Source of the DNA: Candidatus Saccharimonadales bacterium
GTDB lineage: Bacteria > Patescibacteriota > Saccharimonadia > Saccharimonadales > Saccharimonadaceae
Direction of reading: 5' to 3'
Length of the DNA: 54,694 nt
Assembly (NCBI GenBank): GCA_036405515.1
Contig: DASWXM010000040.1
Coordinates: forward strand, 1 to 54,694
The position numbers and the translations under genes are program-made. The notes under the pieces were generated by a model. That model made no database searches. It saw only the letters and a list, made by a program, of their open reading frames with translations, and had not been told where the DNA came from. Positions 8,825 through 16,639 of the stretch are shown one piece after another (the stretch's first letter is position 1; each line of letters begins with the position of its first letter).

Positions 8825-9577
8825 TCAGCTGACCGCCGTCTTCGCCGCGGCGACCGCCTGGTCCAGCTCGGTCTTGCCCTCGATGTGCGAGGACATCATG
8901 TGCGTGTCGAGCCGGCTTGCCGCCTGCTCGACCGCCTGGACGAGCGGCAGGATCGCCGCCTTGTCCACCATGTTGGTCCCCGCGGCGTTCCGCTGGGCGG
9001 CCTTGAGCTGGTGGGCGAGGGAGCCGGACTTGTTCTCGTCCTTCTCCTCGGCCAGCTTGCGCTCCGCTTCGGCGAGCTTGTGAGCGAGCGACCCGTTCTT
9101 GTTGGTGTCGCGCTCGTCGGTCAGGGCCTGGCGGGTCGCGATCAGCTCGGTCGGCGTGCCGTTCGCGTCCACCTGGATGACGTTGGGGTCGGAGGGGGTG
9201 ATGATCCGCAGGATAGCGGCCTTCACACCCTGCGGTACCTGCGTGGACGTCATGATGACGTTCAGCGCGGCGTCCTCCATGGTCTGCCCCGGCCGAGGCG
9301 TGACCTGCGGCTGCGGCGGGTTGGGCTGGTTGCCTGACCCGGCCCCGAGAGCCTGCGCCGGCTGTCCGGCGCTGTTCTGCGCGTAGGTGCCCGCGGCGAA
9401 CTCCTTGGCGGTGCTGCGGTTGGCCATCACGGTCCGGAACTCCCCGACGAGGTTCTCCTTGACCTGACGGTCGATGGAGGGGTCGGCGAGGAAGTCCTCG
9501 AAGTCCGCGGCGAACTCGTCGCTCATGGCCTCGATCTTCTGGCTGCTGGCCTGGCGGCCGTTGTCGGCGTTGAACAT
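8825..9577 (-). CDS. hypothetical soluble protein, high-GC (acidic N-terminus, P/Q-rich linker, tandem KxGSLAHxL repeats)
   Basis: AAGGAG 5 nt upstream of the ATG at 9577 (MFNADNGRQ). Codons are nearly all G/C-ending. No family recognised. Confidence 0.7.
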   Translation of the reverse strand: MFNADNGRQASSQKIEAMSDEFAADFEDFLADPSIDRQVKENLVGEFRTVMANRSTAKEFAAGTYAQNSAGQPAQALGAGSGNQPNPPQPQVTPRPGQTMEDAALNVIMTSTQVPQGVKAAILRIITPSDPNVIQVDANGTPTELIATRQALTDERDTNKNGSLAHKLAEAERKLAEEKDENKSGSLAHQLKAAQRNAAGTNMVDKAAILPLVQAVEQAASRLDTHMMSSHIEGKTELDQAVAAAKTAVS

Positions 9578-9644
9578 GATTTCTCCTTGAAAGAGGGCTG
9601 TGTGGTTGATTGACTCTATATGAAATTGTAGGGTGGATCTCCCA

Positions 9645-9673
9645 CACAATGTCTCTCGCGAGGCGACATTGTG
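9645..9673. repeat. inverted repeat CACAATGTC-N11-GACATTGTG (operator-like); third CACAATG copy at 9706-9712
   Basis: A perfect 9-bp inverted repeat read directly. On the minus strand it lies just upstream of a TACAAT -10 candidate for the 8825-9577 gene. Confidence 0.5.
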
Positions 9674-9742
9674 GGCTTCTATATACGTTACGGTATACAG
9701 GAGTCCACAATGCCATAATCATGTGCTGTGTGCTGATGGGTA

Positions 9743-9775
9743 GTACTACGTGAGCGAGTAGCTCGAACGTAGTGC
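9743..9775. other. long imperfect hairpin (about 13 bp with a 2-nt bulge), no T-run
   Basis: GTACTACGTGAGC - GAGTA - GCTC GA ACGTAGTGC, located in the 343-bp intergenic region. Confidence 0.4.
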
Positions 9776-9865
9776 TGTAAATGTGCGTACCACACCTCCT
9801 ACGGTTTGATACGCTAAACATATTAGCATAAAAATGATAATATGTCAATAAGGTGGATAAATATA

Positions 9866-9894
9866 TTGACAAAACTATACGATTATGCTAGTGT
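9866..9894 (+). promoter_or_regulatory. candidate promoter for the 9921 gene
   Basis: TTGACA 9866-9871, a 17-nt spacer ending in TGC, then TAGTGT. This is the same architecture as the promoter at 538. Confidence 0.45.
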
Positions 9895-9920
9895 TAATAC
9901 AAAGGAATTATTAGTATAAT

Positions 9921-11606
9921 ATGCAGTCTAATCCTAATCATGCTCCAAACACTACAGTCGAGCTTAGCCCAGAAGAGCGAAGTGTCTTTTCTCTTGCCAA
10001 GATAAATGAATGGCGAGCTCAAGAGTATGCTGCCTTAGCAAATCTATATGATTCCAGCACTGCTTCCGCATCTTTTGCTCATTTAGACCGCAATAACGTT
10101 CCTGAGTATGTGCGACAGTTTAATGAGTCGGTAGATGGCCTGCTTGATGCATTTTTGGTGGAAAATGGCATTGATACAAGTTCGCCTAACTATGCTGAAG
10201 TTCGGCAATTATTCTACGAAGCACGGATAGGTACTGGAGATGGTGATGGTATTTCAGGAGTTGAATGGGATATTGCACCTGCAAGTCGAGGAGGTGATCC
10301 TGGTGATACGAAAAGCCAGAGTGATATTTTTAGGGAGCGTATTGAACAGAGGATAGGCGTTGACACGAATACGCCTAGCGATCCGGATATGGATCCGCGA
10401 GGTGAACTTAATGACGATATCTTGGCTGAAGCATATCTCGAAAATACTCGCTTTGATGTGGGTAAAACTCGTGAAGCATGGGCTACTGCCAGTGCAAAGC
10501 GACAAGGCCGAGCGTTTAGTATGAAGAAGGATAAGAATCGCGATACTCTTAAAGATAAGTATCATAAAAGCGTACAAAAACTCGGTATTATGGAGCTCGA
10601 GGACCAAATATCGGACAATGATAGTGATGCAGAAAAGAATGCCAAAGTAATTGCCTGGCTGTTTGATGAGCAAGCTAAGCTCCGTGAGTTGACGACAGAA
10701 AAGCTGCAAGGTACCAAAGTCGGACGATTTGTAAATTTTATGAATAAAGGTAGCCGAAAGGCACGTTTTATGAAAGCGGTCGGACTTGGTGTGGTGGCTG
10801 GTGTTGGTGGTTCTCTCTTGGCTGGTGCGGCTGGCGCGGCGGCAATTGCCGTGGGTGCAGCTGGTGCAAGCCGCTTCGTACGTGGATACGTACGTGGTGA
10901 TGGTCATAGGGGTATGATGACTGCACAAGAAGAGTTCGGTGATAATCCAGTCGAACTTGAGAATGTTCAGCCACATGACACTACCGAACATCTTTTTGAT
11001 GCAGCCGCCGAGCAGTATAACGAGGCATTTGAAAATGACACCAAGCTTGAGCAAAAAAAGCGCAAAAAAGCACTTATCGCAGGTGTTGGTGCGGTCGCTC
11101 TCGGTACAGGCATTGGATGGGCTGTCAGCCATGTCGGAGTTCTTGGAGATGCAAAAGATGCTATCCATGATAAATTTTTTGGTGATAAGCTCCTTGATAA
11201 GGATAATGACTATACTCCGAATAATGGTCCTGGCAATGAGACTGACGGGGGCTCTGAACCGAAGCCTTGGGCTGGTAGAGACGCCGACGGTGACGGGATT
11301 CTTAATGGTCAAGATCTTGTGCCGCATGATTCAGATATTGCTTTTGATGTATCTGATATTTCGCATGAAGCTCGTTGGGTTGAGCCTGGCGAAGGTTGGT
11401 ATCAGACATTCCAGGATCTCGGTATTCCACAAGATCATTGGAGTGATGTACTACAAGATGCAGGTCCGAAGCTTCAAGAGCAAGGCTGGGCATATAAGAT
11501 GGATGACGGTACCTGGGGTATCAGCCACCCTGGAAGTCTTTCGAACGAAAGCCTACGGATTATCGCAAAAGCTGCGAAACGCGATGGCTTTACGCTTGCC
11601 GCATAA
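9921..11606 (+). CDS. large hypothetical membrane protein (two Gly/Ala-rich hydrophobic segments, C-terminal DADGDG calcium-binding-like motif)
   Basis: A 561-aa ORF with plausible composition, including GLGVVAGVGGSLLAGAAGAAAIAVGAAGA and LIAGVGAVALGTGIGWAV segments. Confidence 0.65.
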   Translation: MQSNPNHAPNTTVELSPEERSVFSLAKINEWRAQEYAALANLYDSSTASASFAHLDRNNVPEYVRQFNESVDGLLDAFLVENGIDTSSPNYAEVRQLFYEARIGTGDGDGISGVEWDIAPASRGGDPGDTKSQSDIFRERIEQRIGVDTNTPSDPDMDPRGELNDDILAEAYLENTRFDVGKTREAWATASAKRQGRAFSMKKDKNRDTLKDKYHKSVQKLGIMELEDQISDNDSDAEKNAKVIAWLFDEQAKLRELTTEKLQGTKVGRFVNFMNKGSRKARFMKAVGLGVVAGVGGSLLAGAAGAAAIAVGAAGASRFVRGYVRGDGHRGMMTAQEEFGDNPVELENVQPHDTTEHLFDAAAEQYNEAFENDTKLEQKKRKKALIAGVGAVALGTGIGWAVSHVGVLGDAKDAIHDKFFGDKLLDKDNDYTPNNGPGNETDGGSEPKPWAGRDADGDGILNGQDLVPHDSDIAFDVSDISHEARWVEPGEGWYQTFQDLGIPQDHWSDVLQDAGPKLQEQGWAYKMDDGTWGISHPGSLSNESLRIIAKAAKRDGFTLAA

Positions 11607-11648
11607 TATTGCTACAATAGAAGCAAGTATAATATAAGGGGATACTAC

Positions 11649-12134
11649 ATGTTTCGACTAGATGAACAATTCTTGAAGGATATTGGCCTCGACGGATTGC
11701 CTGAGGATCAGAAGCAGCCATTCTTGCAGCATATTTATAGTGAGCTTGAGCTTCGCGTGGGTACACGTCTCAGCGACGGCCTAAGTGATGCGCAGCTTGA
11801 AGAGTTTGAGCAAATTATTGATCGCAAGCAGGATAAGATCATGGATTGGCTCTCGCAGCATGCGCCGACTTACGCCCAAGATCAGGCATTTGCGAAATTG
11901 CAGCAGGCGACTAATCTTCCGGCTAATGATCCACGGCTTGTGGCTGAATATACAGCTACGAAGTGGCTCGAGGTGAACCGTCCAGATTACCGCGATGTCG
12001 TTGCAGCTGTGCTTGGTGAGCTCAAGCAAGAGATTATCTCAAACCGTGATGCAATTTTAGGAGGTATCCAGCAACAAGCTGCCGCACAGCAAAACGGTGA
12101 CGATCAGCAGCCACCGATGCAGCCGAGCGCTTAG
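11649..12134 (+). CDS. DUF5663-like protein
   Basis: Paralogous to 5768-6082 (L.D.GL..L.ED...FL.HIY.ELE.RVGT.LS..LSD.QL.EF). SD AAGGGGA upstream. Confidence 0.65.
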   Translation: MFRLDEQFLKDIGLDGLPEDQKQPFLQHIYSELELRVGTRLSDGLSDAQLEEFEQIIDRKQDKIMDWLSQHAPTYAQDQAFAKLQQATNLPANDPRLVAEYTATKWLEVNRPDYRDVVAAVLGELKQEIISNRDAILGGIQQQAAAQQNGDDQQPPMQPSA

Positions 12135-13015
12135 ATCCGGTGCTTGTATCCAGCAAGAAATGCCTTGGCGGGCATTTCTTTTTTTCCGAGCGGCTTTAGT
12201 GAATCAATAGCAAGAAATTTTCCATCACCGCAACGAATACTGAGTTCGGTTTTATGATCCGAGACATGGCTTCGGGTAATGATGATATCGACAGATCCAA
12301 GTGTGGTGCGACTTTGAGGCCAGTCAAGAAATGCGCGGATGCGGCGCTCAATAGTCTCGGCAGGTTGTGTGAGATCAATAACGCCATCGGCTTTGCTGAG
12401 TTTACGCGAGTATGTGGCCCGATCAGTATGTGGTTGCGTGCGAGGAGTAATTTCTCCACTCAAATAATCTGGAAGATATCTTTGGAGAAGCTCGTCACTG
12501 AGAAGGATTAGTTTTTCGGTAAGACTCGGTGTTGTCTCGTCGGATGCAAGGTGGAGTGTTTTTTGCGTGATAAGTTTGCCGGTATCCATACCTTCATCAA
12601 TCAACATCAAGCTGACACCAGTCTTCTCGTCACCATTAGCGATCGCCCAGGTAATAGGATCGGCTCCACGAAGTCTTGGCAGGAGAGAAAAGTGTGAGTT
12701 TATAATACCGTATTTGAACGTATCGATTACTTTCTTTGAAACGATAATGCCAAAGTCTATAAGCACTGCGTAATCGCTTGAAAAAGTGTGATTGTCCATT
12801 AGAGTATCAAGCTCTTTTTTATTACTGGCCGTTAACACATTGAGACCTAATTTTTCGGCAAGCTCAAGCACTGGCACGTTGCCGCGATGATGAGGTAGTC
12901 GAGGTTTAGTGATGACTACTTCAACTTTGGTATGGTTAGCAAGTAGCTCGAGACATTTGGCTGCAACGGGTCCGCTGCCGAAAAAGACTGTTTTATTAGT
13001 CTTCCCAGAGTTCAT
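12131..13015 (-). CDS. fmt: methionyl-tRNA formyltransferase
   Basis: Motifs FFGSGPVAA and HFSLLPRLRGADPI. The start is set at MNSGKT (13015), overlapping the def stop by 20 nt, and is uncertain. Confidence 0.85.
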   Translation of the reverse strand: MNSGKTNKTVFFGSGPVAAKCLELLANHTKVEVVITKPRLPHHRGNVPVLELAEKLGLNVLTASNKKELDTLMDNHTFSSDYAVLIDFGIIVSKKVIDTFKYGIINSHFSLLPRLRGADPITWAIANGDEKTGVSLMLIDEGMDTGKLITQKTLHLASDETTPSLTEKLILLSDELLQRYLPDYLSGEITPRTQPHTDRATYSRKLSKADGVIDLTQPAETIERRIRAFLDWPQSRTTLGSVDIIITRSHVSDHKTELSIRCGDGKFLAIDSLKPLGKKEMPAKAFLAGYKHRI

Positions 13016-13574
13016 GATTGTTCCGGATGTGCTCATCGTAATTAAGCGGCTGAAGATTGCCTTTTTCATCGAGGGTATAGAACGCATTCTCTTCGTCGCG
13101 GATGTGATCAATAAAGCAGATGCCATTCGTGTGGTCTATTTCATGCTGAAGAACTCGTGCAAGAAAACCATCGGCTTTCAGACGGACTTCGTTGCCTTCG
13201 ATATCGAGAGCCTTAACGCGTACACGGCTCCAGCGAGGTACTTTACCATAAATCTTACTGACTGACAGACAGCCTTCGTAGTCGGCGATCTTTTCACCTT
13301 CGCCTTTGACAATCTCTGGATTGATTAGTGCGGTGAACCCATCATTTTCTTTATCTTCAAAGTCGCTGCGGACAATAACGACACGCTCAAGATGATCAAC
13401 CTGCACAGCTGCGAGAGCAGCACTAATTTCGTGGGGGCGTGACGCTTCCCAATCAAGCGCCGCATCAGTCATGTCCTGGATGAGTTTCAGCACTTCAGGT
13501 GTGATGACATGCACTTTGAGTGACTTCTCGCGCAAGTGTGGATTTGGCAGGGTTATGATATCTTCTTTTTTCAT
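12996..13574 (-). CDS. def: peptide deformylase
   Basis: Motifs EGCLS and QHEIDHTNG. The start is set at MKKEDII (13574), just after the priA stop. Confidence 0.9.
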   Translation of the reverse strand: MKKEDIITLPNPHLREKSLKVHVITPEVLKLIQDMTDAALDWEASRPHEISAALAAVQVDHLERVVIVRSDFEDKENDGFTALINPEIVKGEGEKIADYEGCLSVSKIYGKVPRWSRVRVKALDIEGNEVRLKADGFLARVLQHEIDHTNGICFIDHIRDEENAFYTLDEKGNLQPLNYDEHIRNNHELWED

Positions 13575-13593
13575 CTGTAACAAGTATACCAGA

Positions 13594-15531
13594 CTAGAGA
13601 AGACTCGTAGGATCGAGTTCGAATTGCCAGTTTTTGTTTGGTACGAGCTGAAGTGTATCGATAAGTAGCTGCCGTTTTGATGACTTAATAACAAGCTGCC
13701 AGCGGTAGGTATCACGCACCCGTTCGTAGAAGGCAGGGGTGGGGCCGAGGATTTCAATGTCGAGGTTACTATCTTTTAGCTTTGCGGCAAGTTCCTTGGC
13801 ATTTTTAATTGCTGCTTTTTCTGTCTTATAAACACAGGTAAGCTTGAGTAGGAAGCAGAATGGTGGGAAATTAGCATGTTTGCGTGCCTGGAGAGTGCGC
13901 TCGTAGAACGGTTGATAATGTCGTGCGATTCCGTCTTGGATTGTTGGATGATTCGGCTGGTAGCTTTGCACAATAACATCAGTTGGATGGTGAGATCTGC
14001 CGACACGCCCAATTACCTGGCTGAGTAGCTGGAAGGTTCGCTCTGACGCTGAGTAATCGGGTAGGGACATACCTGCGTCTGCTTGTATAACACCGACGGT
14101 TCGTAGTTTTGGTAGGTCGAGGCCTTTGGCAAGCACTTGTGTGCCGATAAGGATGTCGACATTGCCTTGATAAATATCATTATAGCGAGCTTCGACGGTC
14201 TGGGTTTTATCACTGTCGCCATCGGTACGGAGTATGGTCGCCTTAGGAAAGAGTTTACGGATTTCTTCCTCAATACGTTTGGTGCCGATACCTTTGTGAA
14301 TAATGTCGGCGTGTCCGCATTCTGGGCAGCTGGTCGGTACGCGGTCGCTAAATCCGCAAATATGGCACTGTAATTGATGTTGATCGTTATGTAATGTGAG
14401 CGGGACAAAACAGCGCGGACAGCCAGCATTCCAGCCGCAATTTTCACATAGTGTTGTTGATGCAGTGCCTCGGCGATTATGAAAAATGAGGCTTTGATGA
14501 CCAGATACGAGTGTCTGCTCGAGCTGTGTAATAAGTTTGTCTGATAAGAAACGATGCTTTTTGAATTCTGAACGTTTCGTCATATCAACGAGTGATACGC
14601 TTGGCGGCGTTGCTTGCCGGGCGGGTGAAGGCATCTCAATGATCGGTCGATTTGTTTGCTGGGCAAGAAAATAGTCCGCAACGAGTGGCGTTGCACTACC
14701 TAGTACAAGTTTTGCATCCGAAAAATGAGCCAATGTGCTGGCAGCGCGTAGCGCGGAGTAGCGAGGTGACTGCTCTTGTTTAAAGCTTGGCTCGTGACAC
14801 TCATCGATAATGATAAATCCAATCTTTGAAACTGGTATAAAAAGTGCCGATCGAGGTCCAATGACAACACGTGGTGTAGGGCTATTAAGCGCTTCCAGCC
14901 AGACAAGATGGCGCTCGGCTTCTGTTTGACGGGAGTGGGCAAGAAGTATGTCTTTGAAATGCTGAGAAAACTCTGCAACAAGCTGGGAGGTGAGGGCGAT
15001 TTCAGGTACGAGTAAGATGACGGACTTGCCTTCGGCTATAGCTTTCTTGGCGAGTTCTATGTATACAGTTGTCTTGCCAGAGCCGGTGATGCCGTGGAGT
15101 AGGGTGGTGCCTGGCTGCATGGTCTCAATTTTTGCTACAGCTTGCGACTGATCTTTAGTGAGTACAAAATTTGTTCGTTGTCGATTAAAAAGAGAGTTAA
15201 GACTATGCGACTTTGATCGTCTTTTTGTGGCAACTCCACGCGGCAAGACCGTCTGTAGGACTGTTGCGAGGGGAGTGGCGTAATAGCTGCTCATCCACTT
15301 AGCGGTGTCTACGAGCGGGTTGGGAAGTGGGTTCTTTTCGATGATTTTTACGATAGGTTTCGTGGCGTACTCCGGCTTGTTCGTTTTTTGCATAATGATG
15401 CCGTTTACAACTTTTTTGCCAATCTCAACTTGTACGATTGTACCGACAGAAAGAATGCTTTCGTGAGAATACGTAAAGCTCTCGGTGCCAGATCGCACGA
15501 TAATATTTGGGGCTACCTCGTAGTAGTACAT
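13594..15531 (-). CDS. priA: primosomal protein N' (replication restart helicase PriA)
   Basis: Walker A GITGSGKT, DECH box, and CxxC zinc-finger pairs. The start at MYYYEVAP lies 6 nt downstream of TATACT. Confidence 0.9.
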   Translation of the reverse strand: MYYYEVAPNIIVRSGTESFTYSHESILSVGTIVQVEIGKKVVNGIIMQKTNKPEYATKPIVKIIEKNPLPNPLVDTAKWMSSYYATPLATVLQTVLPRGVATKRRSKSHSLNSLFNRQRTNFVLTKDQSQAVAKIETMQPGTTLLHGITGSGKTTVYIELAKKAIAEGKSVILLVPEIALTSQLVAEFSQHFKDILLAHSRQTEAERHLVWLEALNSPTPRVVIGPRSALFIPVSKIGFIIIDECHEPSFKQEQSPRYSALRAASTLAHFSDAKLVLGSATPLVADYFLAQQTNRPIIEMPSPARQATPPSVSLVDMTKRSEFKKHRFLSDKLITQLEQTLVSGHQSLIFHNRRGTASTTLCENCGWNAGCPRCFVPLTLHNDQHQLQCHICGFSDRVPTSCPECGHADIIHKGIGTKRIEEEIRKLFPKATILRTDGDSDKTQTVEARYNDIYQGNVDILIGTQVLAKGLDLPKLRTVGVIQADAGMSLPDYSASERTFQLLSQVIGRVGRSHHPTDVIVQSYQPNHPTIQDGIARHYQPFYERTLQARKHANFPPFCFLLKLTCVYKTEKAAIKNAKELAAKLKDSNLDIEILGPTPAFYERVRDTYRWQLVIKSSKRQLLIDTLQLVPNKNWQFELDPTSLL

Positions 15532-15575
15532 GTCACTAGTATACGTCGTATGGTACTGGTACACTAAGCATAAGT

Positions 15576-16232
15576 ATGTATTTTGAATCAAGGGTACAGG
15601 CCGGTACGGTATTAGCAGAACAGCTATTTGAGAAGTATCGCTACGAAAATTGCGCAGTGGTAGCTCTCAGTGATGGTGGTGTACTTGTAGGTGAGCAGAT
15701 CGCGGAAAAGCTTCACTGTATCCTAACAATGCTTGTCATCGAGGATATTGAAATCCCCGGTGAGAGTTTGAGTTTTGGCGGCGTGAGTCAAAGCGGAAGC
15801 TTTACGTACAATAGCGAGTTTTCAAGCGGTGAAATTGATGAATATACATCAGAATTCCACGGCTATCTTGATGAGCAAAAGCGGGAGAAATTCCAAAAAA
15901 TCAATCGGCTTATTGGTGATGGTGGAGTGATTGATCATGATATGTTGCGGGATCATACAGTTATTTTAGTTTCCGATGGAGTCGACAATGGGGCGGCAGT
16001 TGACGTGGCACTTGATTTTCTGAAACCAATTCGAATAGAGCGACTTGTGGTCGCAGCCCCTGTTGCTACTGTGTCGGCTGTCGATAAGTTACATGTGCTT
16101 GCGGATGAGCTACATATACTTGATGTAAAGGAAAATTTCATGGGAGTTGATCATTATTACGAAGACAACCATGTGCTTTCTCATGAGGAAACCATCGCGA
16201 AGATCAATGAGATTGTGCTCAATTGGCGTTAG
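15576..16232 (+). CDS. phosphoribosyltransferase-family protein
   Basis: PRPP-binding loop VILVSDGVDNGAAV, with the size typical of stand-alone PRTase-like proteins. Confidence 0.7.
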   Translation: MYFESRVQAGTVLAEQLFEKYRYENCAVVALSDGGVLVGEQIAEKLHCILTMLVIEDIEIPGESLSFGGVSQSGSFTYNSEFSSGEIDEYTSEFHGYLDEQKREKFQKINRLIGDGGVIDHDMLRDHTVILVSDGVDNGAAVDVALDFLKPIRIERLVVAAPVATVSAVDKLHVLADELHILDVKENFMGVDHYYEDNHVLSHEETIAKINEIVLNWR

Positions 16233-16330
16233 GTTATGAAATTTTGTGTGTTTTAGGGCTTGAGAGATGTTGTAAGATTGTGCTATGATGAAAGGAACGA
16301 ACAGCAACAGGGCTTAGTAAAAGGGAGAGT

Positions 16331-16639
16331 ATGTTAGACGTTTTTATCACTAGCCGAGTGCGCCGCAAAATTGTCGTGGTGTATGCAAAATATCCGGATT
16401 TTCACACGCATGTACGTGGACTCGCTAAGCTGATAAAAGAAGATCCAGGCAATATCCAACGCGAGTTGAAAAAGCTTGAAAAAGTTGGTTTTCTCTCAAG
16501 CGAAAAACAGGGAAATACAAAGATTTACTCAACTAACAAACAATTTCCAATCTTTAAGGAGCTCCAGAGTATTGTCATCAAGAGTCAGCAGCACCAGTCG
16601 AACCGCGGCAAGCGAACTACTGATGTACAGCCGGCATAA
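16331..16639 (+). CDS. winged-helix (ArsR/MarR-like) transcriptional regulator
   Basis: Pattern VRGLAKLIKEDPGNIQRELKKLEKVGFLSSEKQGNTKIY. SD AAGGGAGAG upstream. Confidence 0.6.
   Translation: MLDVFITSRVRRKIVVVYAKYPDFHTHVRGLAKLIKEDPGNIQRELKKLEKVGFLSSEKQGNTKIYSTNKQFPIFKELQSIVIKSQQHQSNRGKRTTDVQPA

Larger units (their letters stand above)
8120..9600. other. compositionally foreign high-GC island (two minus-strand genes)
   Basis: There is an abrupt switch to G/C at almost every third codon position. Arginine-rich shadow ORFs stack up in other frames. The flanks on both sides are AT-rich. Confidence 0.8.

Noticed and set aside
8122-9872. Multiple long ORFs in other frames of the high-GC island (8122-8742 +, 8186-8521 -, 8763-9083 +, 8820-9872 -, 8885-9337 +, 9099-9386 +).
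   Set aside because: Their products are arginine/proline/glycine-rich nonsense, as expected for off-frame reading of high-GC DNA, and none has an SD. Only 8233-8610 and 8825-9577 have G/C concentrated at third positions, an SD and protein-like composition.
10254-11637. A 357-aa antisense ORF (10254-11327) and a 232-aa alternative plus-frame ORF (10939-11637) inside the 9921-11606 gene.
   Set aside because: Both translate to Cys/Ile/Phe/Ser-rich low-plausibility sequence with no SD or promoter. Three open frames are most simply explained by the GAT/GGT/GCT-rich codon bias of the real gene. Overlapping coding can't be strictly excluded without expression data.
13575-13757. N-terminal extensions of def (to 13757), fmt (to 13126), priA (to 15591), rpsU (to 19013), VKOR (to 24251) and the 34181 ORF.
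   Set aside because: The extensions overlap upstream genes and add non-homologous residues ahead of well-known conserved N-termini. Internal Met codons with promoters or SDs fit better.
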